Source: Botryllus schlosseri (Eukaryota). Taken from it: a DNA stretch of 64,000 nucleotides. Position 1 is the stretch's first letter. Each line of letters begins with the position of its first letter. Below the pieces are notes generated by a model. That model ran no database searches and was not told the DNA's origin. It saw nothing but the letters and a program-made list of their open reading frames with translations. Location of the stretch: the NCBI GenBank assembly GCA_051294905.1, contig CM119377.1, forward strand, positions 10,230,001 to 10,294,000. Direction: 5' to 3'. Positions 26,001 to 40,665 of the stretch are shown here, piece by piece. The translations under genes were made by a program, and so were the position numbers.

Positions 26001-29000
26001 TACATATAGGCACAAGTATTATGTCCACCTTATAGTAAAATCAGCAAATACGGTAATTATGATGGTGTTATAATAATTTCATGGACGGTTACAAATGATT
26101 GCACGGCTCTAAATCACAGTACCGCCGCGAGTTTACAAGTGTGTTAAATTACATGGAATAAAACTTCATGAAGACAGTTTCTTACATCAAACAAGACACT
26201 TTAACCACAGCGTAACGTTAATTAACCAAAATATGTTTGACTTGAATATTACCCAGTAGTAAAACTCAATAAATAGCGTATCCAGAAACACATCAATGTC
26301 TATATTCCGCTTTTCCAATGAAAGATTCACCAAAAATCTTAAACTGTCAAGTGTTATACGTGAAACAGAAAATTACAAACCTTGATCGTTCCGTCTTCAT
26401 GCCCGGTAAGTAATAGTTCCCTATCGCTTCGTTCTGGTAACGGTGCGACTAGATTGACACCCCCGTCGATTGGCCAACGCTACAAAAATCGGAATATGTC
26501 AAAAGGACAGAGGTCTAGTACGCTAGCATAAAGCACAATTCAGTGTAACCATCCGATCTTGGGAAAGTTACAATACAGGGTAGGAGCAATCGGATTTCAT
26601 ATTGAAGCATCTAGATTCCGGAAGGTTACGAATTACGATGCCTAGGATTGCAATAACTCTAAGATTTCCCACCGGCTACTCAGGCACTGGTACTGTAAAC
26701 TGTAAATCCCAGATCATATTGTGCTGTAAAATCGCATTTGTGTCAAGCATTGGCTCCAAACATCAGTACCCACCAATTATGTGCATCAGCATGCCATGAA
26801 TATAGAATAGGTAATACGGAAATGGGTTTACTGTTCATGTGTATTCAAATCGCCTTTATAAAGGGCGTCTTAGAGATAAGAGAGCAGAATGAGATAGATG
26901 GATAGGTTTATATTCATCACACCAAGAAAACTAGAAAGAAGAGGCCATCGGAGTTAGTATAAAAGACAGGTTATTAAAAACTTCAGCACATTACATAGAC
27001 ATAATATATATTAAATGTGCATTAGGGCTGTTCAAAAATGACCTTTTTTCCTGAATCTTGCTGATTACTTGATTAAATCGTTAGGTTGCCTTAAAAAACA
27101 ACGCACACCAAATTTGAATTCATTCCAACTAATATTCGCGGATTTCGTTGAGTTTGAAATTTTTGAATTTGCCTAAAAATGCAAAAAAAAAAATTTTGTT
27201 CAAATTTTTCTGCCAACCCCATGAAATTGTTGCGCTGTCTTCAAAAACGATGCAAAACAAATTTGACTCTATTCAAAGCCGTAGAAGTGGAGTTATTTCA
27301 GTTTTTCTTTGATAATTCTGGGATTATCCTTGATTGGTGGATCATCCCAGAATTATCATCAAAAAACTTGAATAACCCCGCTTCTGCAGCTTGGAATTGA
27401 GTCAAATTTGTTTTCCATCGTTTTTGAAGACAGCGCAACAATTTCATAAGGTTGGAAGGAAAATTTGAAAAAAATTGTTTTTTGCATTTTTAGGCAAATT
27501 CAAAATTTTCAAACTCTACGAAATCCGCGAATGTTGGTTGGAATGAATTCAAATTTGGCGTGTGTCGGTTTTTATGGCAACCTAACGATTTAATCAAGTA
27601 ATCAGCAAGATTCAGGAAAAAAGGTTATTTTTGAACAGCCCTAATGTGCATACACACAGACACATACAGCAACAGTTCAGAATATATATGCTTAGAAAAC
27701 AAAGAAATAATGAATAGCAAATGATGCAATAAATAAATACATTACAGTGTAGGCCTACATAATTTCAGGAAATTTACCAATTCCATGAAACAGGTAACAG
27801 GTAACAGAATGTATGTGAGTACTCGTAGATCCAAGTCCTAAAATCTAATCTAGCCTAAAAAAAAACATCCCACGTACCGAATCCAAGGAGATATGCGGCT
27901 TCTTTTTATTCCTGCCGTCCAAGAGATTGGCGCGTTGCGCCGCGGCCTCGACTTTCTGCCACACCTGGCTGGACATGCCGCTGACGTGGGCGGAGCAGGT
28001 GATCGCGGAAGAGTGCAGGGAAGAGAGGTAAGGCGGGGTCATGGAAGGCCACCCCTCCTTTGTCAAGTCGATAGCGATAAGCTCTTCCTCGGCGAGAATG
28101 ATGAGGTATTCCGGATTTTCGTCATCTGAAGAGTAGGAGAAGAAGGGTTTACGAAACTACGCAGGATGATAAGAGTGAGAAAAGGCAGGGGCCTGCTGTA
28201 CTTTTTTGATCTGTGTCAAGAAGTGTTCCCCATGGCCATCACTAATTAGTGTCGATACTTATGTCGAAATATATGGTGTTTCACATGATCATCAACTAGG
28301 CTCCCCATGAAACTTGATATATGCACGTCGGAAATACACACGTCTATAATCGGCTTGGGGTCGGAGGTTACTCGGATGGTTGTTTTGAGACCACTTTCAC
28401 CGCATCGTTTTCAAGGCAAAACTACTCACTTCTTGCGTTTTTACTTTTGTAGGTAGAAAGAAGATTGTGGGTATGTTTGCATCACCTTTTACGTGTGAAA
28501 TTGCCTCAATACCTGGCCGAAATAGCCCCTGTATTGCTGTAACTGAGTCTATTTTCTAAAATTTGTAGCGTCGAATGACGTTTTGCGTTAGTTACTAAGA
28601 TGAACTTCAAAATTTCAGAACTAAACACTTCCAATTAACTGCTCAAAGTATGCGGCTCCATGTTCAAATCTACTTTTTGGAACTGTTACTAGTCTCAAGC
28701 ACAAAATTTTGCATTCCATCGATAAAAAAAAAAACAGTTTCACATATCGCACACGCCAATTCATATCACCTTCAAACGCTCCGCTGTTCTCGCACACCAC
28801 AAAGAAATCAATGATCCGCGACGTAATATCGAAAGTCACATGGTCCCGTCCACAGATGACGCTGACGCAGTGCCTGTCGCCATAATTGGCTCGCGGCATA
28901 CCGCCGCTAAACACCACGAAAGGTTGCCTATAACGAAACAACGTACCGTTGTCAATATCGCAGTAACGCGACAAAAAGGAAAAATGACGTCATACGTTTT

Positions 29001-32000
29001 CGAAGTCTTCCACAAAACCCGCGTGATGGCTTTGCAAGGAAAAGGGCCTGAATCAAAACATAGAAGTGAGTTATGATTAGAAAAACAGCTCACATAAATA
29101 AAAAAGTGCTGGTCTCTGACCGTGCAGCAAATAACACACCTTGTACATTATCATACAAGCGTCTTTTCTATAGTAGCACAAAAGTAGCTATCACTCTTAC
29201 ACCATGAGCTGGTGGTCAACAGAGAAAGTTTACAGGAACCTTGTAATATAAATGCTTAAAATTCATGTAAAAGTCAGCTAAAAACGAAAACTCAATTTGC
29301 GGATTTAGAAAGACTTAGGGTTCGAAATAGCAGAATGAGAGGGATAAATTGGAAATTTCCAATATCAATTCATAGATATTCTATAACTATTATTAGCGAT
29401 ATGATACATCAGCACCATAGTGGTCCAGTTTTCATCATATAGGTAAATTCAAATATTTTTGAGAAAACCCAGACCCGACATATCTTAGACCAGGGGTGGG
29501 CAAACTACTGCCAGCGGGCCGCAAAGGAATCGAGATACAAAATAAAAATATTGATAAATATATTCTTGTTGGTGCAATAGCCCGTCCTCGAGGCCAACGT
29601 ATTTTGAAGCGTTTTGATTGCTAAACATCCAAGAAAATCAAAGTGGAAATGGCGCTATCGGCATTGTGCCTTCTGAAGTTGACCAAACGCAGAATCAGCA
29701 TATACCTATGAGCCGATCGCTGCTCCCATATTCAAATTTCAAACATTTTTCAAGAATTAGCAGTCGGCACAACCTGCATTGGTCCTTAATTTTGGCGAAT
29801 TGATTGAAGATGGCCAGCTTATAAAAGCTCGTTCGTGTTTTTGAAGCATGTGCGTTCATCGAATCAATGCACAAATTGTTTGTAAGCTTGCGTCATGGCT
29901 TATAATTCCGAGTATACCATAATGCGGCCCAGCAAGGGATTCATATGCTGAATGCGGCCAGGAAGCCACCTTTGTCTTAGACTGTGTTAATCCTACTGTC
30001 AATTAATCTTTAAAAAACGCAGTAGAGAAATTGGATGAGAAGGTATCAACATTTTTAGCAACAATATGACTACACTGATATCCCAATGGCCAGCATTAGA
30101 AGCGAACCGATATATCAAAATTGTGATGGGAGTGGGCTTTGAAATGTAAATAATATTTCAGAGAGTGCTGTACTGTCCTGGCGTTGAAAAATTCACTTCA
30201 CTTAAAAGCTTTAATAAGCATGCTCCTGATATAACGGAGTACCATAACGACCACACAAAAAATAGCCAATACTTCACGTGACAATAAGGTAATTCACGCT
30301 ATTGTAGGCATTGCGTCATCGATAAATGTAAACCAACTTTGGCCGTCACATGAGAAATTGCCGTGTATGAAATCACAAGCGCCACCCAAATCAATATTTT
30401 GCACATGCATATTCGATGGCACAATAAAAAAGCAGACGCTGGGCAAACACAACGCCAAAACAGTTTACTAACAACAAGAATGGACAGATGGACTCACCAT
30501 AAGGAATATTCGGAGCTGGGATTACATCATTGTCAGTCAACTGCCAAGTCAACAGACTCCCGTCGCTGTGCGCCGTCATGAATTCATGCCCGTTTGAGTT
30601 CCAGGAGACAGCCTCGAGTTGCTAAAATCCAAAGAAAACGTCTTCCAAATGCAAACTACAATACGTCAATACAGCCAGAGGTTATCAAAAGTAGTGTGCT
30701 TTGCGGCTTGAGTAGAAGTAGAGGTAATGCCTCAAATTTCTACTACCAACAAGTATACGGTATATCATCACTGTAAAACCAGAATGTTCTACGTCCACTT
30801 ACAGTATTTTGTAATTTTTCTTCTATCACTATTTAGACACAGATCTTTTGCTTTAACCGGGTTCCAAGATTCTAAGTAGCATGAATAGCTAGTGAAGTGG
30901 ACATATGAACCTGAATTTTCAAGGTAAATTGAAAACAAAACTGGTTTATATCCAAATTATGTGGTCAAAGTCAAAATTTACAAAAATGGACATAGGACCG
31001 TTCGGTTTTCCAGCGACGATATAGCGATTTCAAAGACATGTCAAAATACTTCAAGTGGAAGTGGATAATGAATGTTTTGGCAAGTAAACAAGCAAGCACC
31101 TTTAAAAAGTTGGGTTGGGGGAGAGGTCAAACACTTTTATCAGTTAATCAGAGGTGGGTACTTCGGAATTGCAATAAAAATCTTTGTGCAAAATGGCCGA
31201 TGAAACTACAAATAGGTGCAATAGGTATATTTTATAACCATGAAACAGGGGCTAATTTCACATTGGTTTTATTTTTCAGACCACAATAATTATATATTAC
31301 TCATTGCCATCGCCGAATTGTGGTGTTGATAGTTGGTCAATCTTTCATTTGCTTAAATGTATGTTGTATAGAAGCATACTGGCGTTACACAAATTTGACC
31401 TTGGGAGCTCTAAATCACATTGCAATACCCTGATAGTTGTGTGACCTAAATTTTCTAATATTACTTTTCGCTGTAGTAACTAATCACTAATCATGTCGGT
31501 CATGTCGCATGTCTCCAAAACAAGCATAAATATTTAACTACGCGCACATGAGGTACAAATGTGATAGGTTTGAATATAAAAGACAAATAAAAGAAATAAT
31601 TCGGTAACGGGGCATTGCACTGAAGTCTAGGCAAGTCGACAAAATGACTGATTACTCGCACGCCTGCAAGGTAAAAAATGCCCTCGAATGTGCTTATAGA
31701 CAAGGTATCATTAAGCAATTATCTGTTCACAGCATCTAACTATGAATCACCAGAGACCAAGATTACAAAAATTCTGGGAAAATTAGACAATCTTCCTACT
31801 GCAAATCGTGAATTGCAGATTTTGAATGTGATTTCAAGAGACTACAGTATCTTGTCATACAACACTTTTATTCCCGAATTAGTGCAATAATCAGTTTCAT
31901 TACATTTGAAATCTTAACAGCACCAATTTCAATACCAATAAAAACAGAAGAGAAAGAATATCTTGCAAAGTGCAATTCACTGAACATGGAGCGAAACAAC

Positions 32001-35000
32001 GAAAACTTTACGTCAATTCACCGGTGAAATAATCTCTCCACAAACCTGATTTCCGAGAAAGTATTTTTCCACATTTTTGGTTTGGTCATTCCACAGGACT
32101 ACGAGTCCTCTGCTATATCCGATCAGAACCAAGTTGGAATTGGTGGGGTGCTCTTCGATGGCTTCTACCGGACCGAGCGCTTTTCCCGTTTTGTACTTTT
32201 CAGGGATGCTGCGCGTGAACGGGGAAGATAATTATAGGGATGTGGAAAGATTTGAAAAGATTCATTTGACTTGATAGAATTCAGCTGAGATATTTGAGTC
32301 TAAACCGAGCATTGTCCGTAAATACACTCCGTTGGATCGCATTTAGCACTTGTTTAATCGAGGGGCTTTGTTGGATAATCATGACCAGTTACACAGGGCA
32401 CAATTGGAAGTCACCAATGAGACCAGACCGCATTATCTTACAATCAACTGCCACCTGAGATATACGGTATCTTAGGGTTATCCTAACTTTCAATATGGGA
32501 ATGATAAATTTCAGATGTTATGAAAATATCTATGGAAAGGGTATCACTCAAGTATCACCGAAACACAATCTCAGTTTGACAGTGCGCAGTTGCAAATATT
32601 TAAAGGATTGCAATCAGAAATGATGCGCTTTATTCAGTTAGGTTGCAACATCAGATCAAACAACTAAAACCAAGCGTAAATAATCATCATAACTGGTATT
32701 AAATCTAAGAAACTGATTATCCCTGGATGAAACATAGCCTCCAGATAAGCCTCGAAAGTTCACATTCTCAAACATCTAATCCAATATGTAAATCTGTCGA
32801 TGCTGAGTTGGCTTCCCTTTCTAACTTGAAATGGTACAGAGTACAAGACAGATAATCCATTGAAGGCTTCGCTTGTAATTAAATTGTTTAAGGATTATTG
32901 GATTTTGATTGTTCTAGCAGCCTAGAAACAAATTGGATGAAAATTGAGAGAAAGGAATGTTATGGAGCGTGGGGAAGACTTCAATTTCATGTAACCTGAC
33001 AGGAACACAATAAAGTACCAATGCAATACCCAAGGGATTGCCATGATAGCAATCTGGCTCATTGTTTGCGGCCATGAGAACTAGTAGATGAGTAATTTGT
33101 AAAAAAAGAGTTTCGAAGTCACCATCAAGTATATTGAACCATCGGAATTCTGCTCCGTGATTATTGTGGTTAACGAATTATTTCCAGGCCCTTCTCGTTT
33201 GCTATTATGCAATTGAACTCGAGATATCTAAGAATTAGCTTGGGCAAAAATGTTTCCAAGCTCATCAAAGATTTGAAGCTACCAGAGCTAGAGTTATTGA
33301 GGTCAAAATCGATCAGAAGTGAAACGTCACAGTTACATGAAAGAATCAACTTCCACCATTGCGCAGACAGGGCGCTACATTAATCGGTTACGGTACTAGT
33401 AGCTAAATGTATTCAGGGCAGAGCAGAGAAAATTTTCAATTTTTCAAGGTTACAAGATGAAATCTTATTGCGGCTCAAACTTGAGTCGGACATATGCCCA
33501 TTCAGAATATGATTGATGGCTAGAAACAGAGGCTGATAGATAAATTAGAAACACCCCAGTAACCCATTCATGTTTTAGTAATTATATCAATATATTAGTG
33601 CCAATATCGCGTACATGTTTTCCGGTCAGCTGACCCCTTTATTGACACAGACGCTCAAATCTAAACAAGGTTTACACAGTCAGTACGATTAGATACAACC
33701 GTGTGGCGTAAGCGATAAATTAATATTCGATGGCGATAATATTTAAGCTCACGTTACTAACATAAAAAGAGAAGTCTTCATTGCTCACTAATAGCATACG
33801 TAGCCTACATATATTATAAAACAAACTATATGCAATAAGGAACCGAACTTGAACACATAAATTTCAATCTCTACTACTCTAGGCATTTCCATCATTATTG
33901 CACGGAAAACATTGCAAACATTGGAAAACAAAGCAACAGATGCCAGTGTGCTGGGTATAACATGATAACCACTTGAACATCACATCTGATTGCCGATTAT
34001 TGATTAATTGATATTTCAATGTGACAATCTAGTGCAAAGCATCTGGATTGTTACAGAGTCTGTGGTGGTCAGAGGTTGTACTAGCGATACCAAATATTAC
34101 CTAATATTTCGCACACAGTTTGAGGTTATTAGGGAAATTGGCTACTGAACTGTTTTCTTTCAAAATATTTAAAGCTGGCACATGACCCTAACAGCAAGCA
34201 AAAGCAGTTTGTTCCATAATAGCACTCAGTATTTCGCTACCACCTATACTTGCCAAAATTTAACAGCGACCATAATTTACCATCCGTCTTTGTCGTTGCT
34301 GTACACTGGCAGTTCTGAGCCCTTGCAAGCCCCAATCTTCACGGGACAGGACAGCTGATTTGATATTTACCCACCCCGCCTATGAAGTTTTTCTCAACCG
34401 TCAATTCCGAAATATTTTGGTATAAAATATAATATTTTGTGTGCCTATCTGGAATTGTTTACCTAGGATTTTACAATCCTTTTTAACAGTGCTGGCTCTT
34501 GCCAAGCACTGTCGAGATAGTAAGTATATTCTATCCTCTACATTTCAGTCCAAGTTGCAAGAGGAGCCACAAATTATCAATGGTTGAACCACAAGCAACA
34601 AAGATATCAACGGAATACAGCGTGTTATCAAACACATATCGCGGTACCTTTGCATTACTTGATCTTGATGTATCAAACCGCCGTCGCAAGGCTCGAAGCT
34701 TGGTAACGATAAGGGATAGATGCCACCGCTTTCCGTACCAATCCAAATTGAGTTGTTGGTAGATTTGACCATCACTTCGGTGATCTGGTTCATCCTGCAA
34801 ATATCGCACTGCATGACGAATCGAAAAGACTGGGCAATAACGAGCATTGATTCAGATGAATAACTAGACCGTGTGATGTACGGTATCACAACGGATGACA
34901 CTAGGGCAATTGTGACCTAAAAAATCAAAATTTTTGACATTTGTGACCTTAAAAAACATAATTTTGACCAAATTTTTACCTAATGTAGGTGTTTTCCCCC

Positions 35001-38000
35001 ATGTTAGAATTTTACTACTTATCATCATTTCTGGTTCGAACTTTCCGTCCTTACGAAGTAGTTCGATCTTAAAAATCTTTTTTGACTCAAAAACTGACAA
35101 ATTTTTTCATGAAAAAACTTGATTTTAACAAAATCTTGATTTCAACAAAATCTGGCCCTATGAAGTATTCCAGTTGTTACATCACATATTATGGTAGAAA
35201 TAATTAAAATCTGTTGTAGCACAACGAAAGATTCTACCCGAGTGTTCGTCCTTACCAAGTAGCTTGCCAAGAATGGAGAAAGAACGTTCAACAGCAGTGG
35301 TTGATGGCTGGCAACACTGCAGTAGTGCATACACTGCTGTTGACAAACAGTGTTGCTTCATTCTGACAATGGCATCTACATCACAATTTTTCATAATGAG
35401 CTTCTTGATATAAGAACCATGCAATGCCCAAGCAGTCTTGCTTCAGATAGGATATTGCGGCACATTGACCATAACACCATGTCAACCTATTTGATTCATT
35501 TGACCGTTTATGATTCACAATGAGCGGACAATTCGCCGTTTACAACGGTAGGCCTATAAAGTAGGCTACAAGCTGTAAAATATCAAATGATAAGTTCACC
35601 AATAATGCGAAACATACGATACTAACAAAATGATGAGGTCAAAAAAATTTTGACTTTGCAAACAAGTTTGACAAATTTTGACCTTACGCTACAATTTTGA
35701 CAAATTTTGACATGTCAAAAAAATCGCCCTAATGATAACATGTCCAGACACCTGTAATCAATAGCCTATCTACTATTTGCAAGACACAATTACAATGTGA
35801 ATGAAGTGCATGCTGTACGTTTCCGATGTCAATCGCACCATAATACAATTATCTTCAGTGGGAATAGAATCCATAATAAATATATGAATATCAGATGCAC
35901 ACCCTCAAAAGGCTACGGACAATAATGAATATGCAAGAAAGCAAGATAATTACTGAATTCAAGAGATTCAATCCATTTTGAATGCAATCATCAATTCTTG
36001 ACAACCTGGTTGAGGAATGAATTCTTATATTACTTTGTAAAGGCATACATGCAAGAAATTATGCATCGCATTAACGAGAATGGGATCTCATTGGCATTGA
36101 AAATTACCATGTCCTGAAGGGATTGATTTGAAGCCCATTCCGCAATCATTTATTGATCGCTTACACGATTACTAGCTTGGTAAAACATATTTCCGATTGC
36201 ATTGACATTGCTGCAGAATCCTTACATCAACGGATCAGAGCATAATGATCTTGACTCGCCTTTGCAATGAGAGGTGAATCTTCCATGCATGGCTTCACCC
36301 CACTATGTGAACTTGCTAATTTGAGGAATGTAACGCTCGGTCACACACCGTCATACCTGACATAGTAGATTACAGGTGTACTGAAAACCCTTGTGCACGG
36401 ATTATAAATAATCGAATTCCTGGGAAACGTAGCACTTACATAAATCAACCAGAAAACTGACAGCTGAGTGTACCCATGGTTGAGGAAAACTGATTTAGAC
36501 TATAAGTATGAGAGCATGATGTTTTCGGTGATGTAGGCCTACCTATAGGGTAATATTTTTCCAAAACTGTTATATATAAACCATGGTGGAGAGCAGACAA
36601 AACAACAATGAGGAACGAAAATTAAAAGATGCCGTGCTCTCATGGTATTGGAAAGTGGATGTGCTGAAGCTGGATAGCCTGTGTTATACACAATAATATA
36701 CACAACGCTGCATTATTTTAGTGACAAATTTACACAACGTAAGAATCTGCAATGCAATAAATTATTATACCCCGGTCTTCCCGGAAGTTGATGAGTGACG
36801 ACTTTAACCCATTCCTGAACACGCTTATCTTCCTTCCCGGCTTGGAGTTCCCACAAATGTATCGATCCGTCATCCAATATGCTGACAAGACGGGCCTGCA
36901 ATGAACAATTAACGTATTTCAACTATATAAAAACAGTAGCATGGCATAAGGAAGTATTATACAAATGTGTAACACTATATGTACGCGTAACGGAGACATA
37001 CGTGTACTTTAAGCATGATTTCGGACAAATTTGGAATGGATCTCAATTCATGCAATATCTAATTGAGATCTGATCTGATGGATATCCTGAATTACCAAAC
37101 GGAATGCGAACCGAGTTCATTGTCTAAAACAGAAATTACTTTTTGCAATAGGCCTACTGAATTTGCTTATAGCCAACATTTTGATGAATCCTAGATGGCA
37201 CACAATGGTGTTGATTTACAGGCATTATCCATCCCACTATCGGTGAGACATTAAATACAATCCTAGCTGCAGGTTCACACATTACACAAGAAATGCTAAT
37301 ATAACTGATGATTACTCTACCAGGAAATGTAAGCTCTTCCGGGCATGCAAAACAAAGTACGAATATATTTACAGAGCTTGAATTTGTATCAAGTACATGT
37401 GTCTGAATAGTTCGATGTTTATTTTAGCGGGTATTTGACACAACTAAAAACGACATTCTGTAACTAAATTACCATGGTCATTTATTAACTGAATAAAACA
37501 TGAATCTGTGATAACAGAATACTCAAACCCCATGCCAGGCATTGAGCATGCAAGATGTACAAGACACACCAGTGTACAATGTACATCAAACTATTTCTTC
37601 ACGTTGTTGTAAGAATAAAATTTCTATATCCAGGTAATCGTTACCACGCTGTTGTTTACAGAAATGATTTTCTATACATTTTCCCAAAGACAGTACACGT
37701 GGCCTAACATGAAATTGACAACCAATGCTAGATGAAGAAGTCAAGTCGGTCAAGAGCACTTCACTAACCTATATCCAAGTGCCATACAAACAGAGTTTCC
37801 CTATAATCCCAACTCGCGCAATAGATGTAATCAAAAGTACTTTTGAAAAGATATTGCCATATATTCGTCGCCTATTGACAATGCGAAATGCAATTGCTTT
37901 CATATTAACTAGATATTATATTATTTTGACCATTTTCTCAAGGTCATTGTATATCAATAGTGTGAAATTCAGTTTTGCATTCGTTACCGATAGGTCAATA

Positions 38001-40665
38001 TCCACATTTAGGGCCCTAATATTCTTCAATGACTTCATAAGTATTGATGGGACAAATATCGTTACTGCACTGAGAACTAGAAACAACACATTCTACAAAA
38101 AGATACAAGTTATGTAAACAGGTATATAAAAGAGAATGGGCCATAAATTGACTGAATCATATACCGTATATGTATACTTGGTAAAATTCATGCATGTGAA
38201 TTTTAGTCAATTGTTTACAAACAAATCGATATGAAATCATTTCACACTACAGGTTGATTATTTTAAAATCATGGCCAATGCCAACCTTTTTTCAAAATAG
38301 TAGGCCTACCTAAATATTTCCCCCAAAAGATTTGGAAAGTATGTTAAACATATCTTCAAAACAAAATCCAAAATCTCAATAACTTCGTCCAAACTTAATC
38401 CTTTACTGCTGATTGAAATCTCCGAAGACGCAACTATTTACCGAAGTTTGATACCATATTGCATATTCAGCACTTACCTCTCCAGCGAGAAAGTGCAATT
38501 GCATAATCTGATTTTCCTCATTGTGCCACGCGCTGAATTCAACTCCAGGCGCTCCAAATCTAAACAGTACAACACAACAGCAGTTAAGCACGAGGTGTAG
38601 ATCTGTCAAAAATCTCTCACACGCTCGTTAATATTGATTGCAATGGGTCATTATTCACTGAAGTTGCTTTTTTCGCGGTTGCACAGAAATTAAGGAATGA
38701 GGGTGCAGGTTGGCACAATCCAGAATTATCAAAATGACACTTTCAGGATGAATGACTCCACTCATTATCAGGTGAATATGCACAGTAACACACCCATGCC
38801 ATATATAATTCAAATTGTAACGATCAAAATCACACAAACAACTTGGCATGTGTGATGCAAAAAGAAGGGCTGCGATATTTCCACACAGTCACGCGCTTTG
38901 ACCAATTTGGATTTGGCAAGGTGAATAGAGTTTATTCAACACATTACGATTCAAAAATATCACGACAAAATTAGGGTATGCACTTTGGTGTCTATGGTGA
39001 AGAGGAGCAAGTGCCAAGTAACACTGTAGTCAAGAGTTGTCACAGCACACATATTCTAGCGCATTGGCACTATTTTCAAGACAATCGTTCAATGACACCA
39101 TCCCGGACAGCAGAATAACAGGGGTATTCCACATTTCTAGATGCTGCTGCAGACCTAATGCAGATTTATATTAGCTTGGAAACCAGTGTTGAATTGGGGT
39201 AATTAATCATATTCCAAGGAATTTAGTGAATGCTCAATCGAGTTTGCCAGGTCAAAATTGTAGAACCCTATTCAACGAAAATTCAGAAAAGTCCACAATT
39301 ATGCCCACCCCCGACAAAATTTGAACCTGCTAGCTCTTACAAGCCTGCATTCGCCTCAAATCGGATTATATTTTCGACTTGTCGATTTCCCATATATCTT
39401 ATACTAGCACACGCATCCTAATTCGTATACGATTATTTCTGATTAGGCATTGAAGCTTCTTTTTCACTTTCTATTTTCAGTATTTGTAGACAATAGTTTT
39501 GGTTGATTGACCTCGCACATAGCCTACTCTGTTGAACTTATCCCTTCATCACATTGCAAACATCCAGTATGGAAGCGGTGTCTACGGCACACGGGATCAC
39601 GCCGTGTTCACCGACAATTGCACGTTGTCACGATTCGTTGGTTGTATTTTTTTTTGATGAAAAAAATTATTAAAAAAATAAAAGTCGGTGCTAGTATTGT
39701 AATTAGCGTGTAAATGTTTTGATCAGTGAATATTCAAAAATTAAATATAGCAACTCAAATTTAGTATTGGAAACTTCATTTAATGCTGCCTTTTTGATAT
39801 TTATACATGTTTCTATTTAAATTTCTGCAAGGCGAAACTCGCAACTTGATTTTGATTATTCGGCATCTTTTGAAAGGAACGCGAACGCGACGTTTTCCGC
39901 TATTATATTGACAAATGTCGCCAATTTGCAGTGTCGGAATTTAACAAAGTTAGTTCAAAAAAATCCTTAACTTTCACAAATAACTTGTTCGAAACTAGTT
40001 GTAGGTTACGGTACTTTTGAATAGTTCCGTACAAATCTTGCAGCATTGCGACCTACGAGATTCCAAGGGCTAACATTGTAAAGGTGTTTTAAACCAATAA
40101 AATGTTGACAAGCAATTACTATAGCAATCTCGATAACAATAATTGAATTCTCATACGATAGTTAAAGTCTTTTACAGGAGGTACATTGAACTAACAGTGT
40201 CATCCTTATTATATGTTACCAACCAAGGATATTAAATCCATCATTTTACAACATAAGAAACCTATATACATTATCAAAAACAAAAATCGAATACGCAACA
40301 TCATTATATCATCTCACAATTTGATATATTACAGTCATAACTACAGCTCGAGTAATAAGGCATACTGAGCAACGAGCACCAAATAGCACATTGCATAAAA
40401 AGAATATAATATATATCGATATACTTACACTTTAATACATCCATGCTTATTTCCCACAGCCATCAACTTCAGTTTATGATCAAACGCCAACGCACTGGGT
40501 TGATGTGGGAAGCCATGATGGGCAGTCTGAAAATAACATTCGACGGAATTCTCAAGAATTAAAATTCATAACACAATAGCTTACTCGCTTGAATCCAAAC
40601 AAGTCCTCTTTTATTTTCTCCCTTTGAGGATCCAAGTGATGTCCTTTCTTCCACTTTTTCAACAT
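14085..40665 (-). CDS. LLGL1: Lethal(2) giant larvae homolog (single LLGL1/LLGL2 ortholog), about 25 exons, about 1060-1090 aa
   Basis: Exons 40585-40665, 40429-40526, 38478-38559, 36771-36895, 34648-34794, 32046-32208, 30498-30621, 28996-29047, 28770-28927, 27878-28125, 26381-26479, 25741-25866, 25564-25668, 24871-25015, 24681-24808, 23722-23925, 23325-23496, 22524-22640, 21536-21680, 20463-20632, 19652-19768, 18977-19152, 17997-18153, all phase-consistent. Tentative last exons are 16866-16962 plus 14085-14121 (alternative 17826-17872). Lgl-specific motifs: [42 protein letters not shown], aPKC site [15 protein letters not shown]. Confidence 0.95.
16130..16430 (+). repeat. About 51-bp degenerate minisatellite (5-6 copies) in an Lgl intron
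   Basis: GCGCAC anchors at 16181, 16232, 16283, 16334 and 16391. The same unit occurs at 45600-45760 (inverted) and 46140-46320. Confidence 0.7.
18241..18794. mobile_element. hAT-type MITE (554 bp) with subterminal GACTCGAGTC palindrome arrays
   Basis: TIR CAGGGTTGTAA / TTACAACCCTG. Perfect 8-bp TSD ttgaaaag (18233-18240, 18795-18802). Confidence 0.9.
20779..20900. mobile_element. Partial copy (one terminus) of the CAGTGTTGGGAT MITE family
   Basis: cagtgttgggatctagtcactacctt matches the inverted right end of the 59814-60475 element. The other end was not found. Confidence 0.5.
27023..27643. mobile_element. Fully palindromic hAT-type MITE (621 bp) in Lgl intron 10
   Basis: TIR TAGGGCTGTTCAAAAA / TTTTTGAACAGCCCTA. 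The arms stay complementary to the centre (~27330). Perfect 8-bp TSD atgtgcat (27015-27022, 27644-27651). Confidence 0.92.
29491..29974. mobile_element. hAT/Charlie-type MITE with decayed right TIR
   Basis: Left end CAGGGGTGGGCAAA, right end gccacctttg. Perfect 8-bp TSD tcttagac (29483-29490, 29975-29982). Confidence 0.8.
34902..35731 (-). mobile_element. Internally deleted hAT element carrying a transposase C-terminal remnant
   Basis: TAGGGC...GCCCTA ends with tttgac-type subterminal repeats. Minus-strand fragment [23 protein letters not shown] (~35270-35340) resembles the hAT dimerisation-domain ERxFS motif. TSD is not clean. Confidence 0.65.

Noticed and set aside
14085-40665. Annotation as tomosyn/STXBP5
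   Set aside because: Lgl-specific motifs and the aPKC serine cluster are present, and there is no C-terminal R-SNARE domain.
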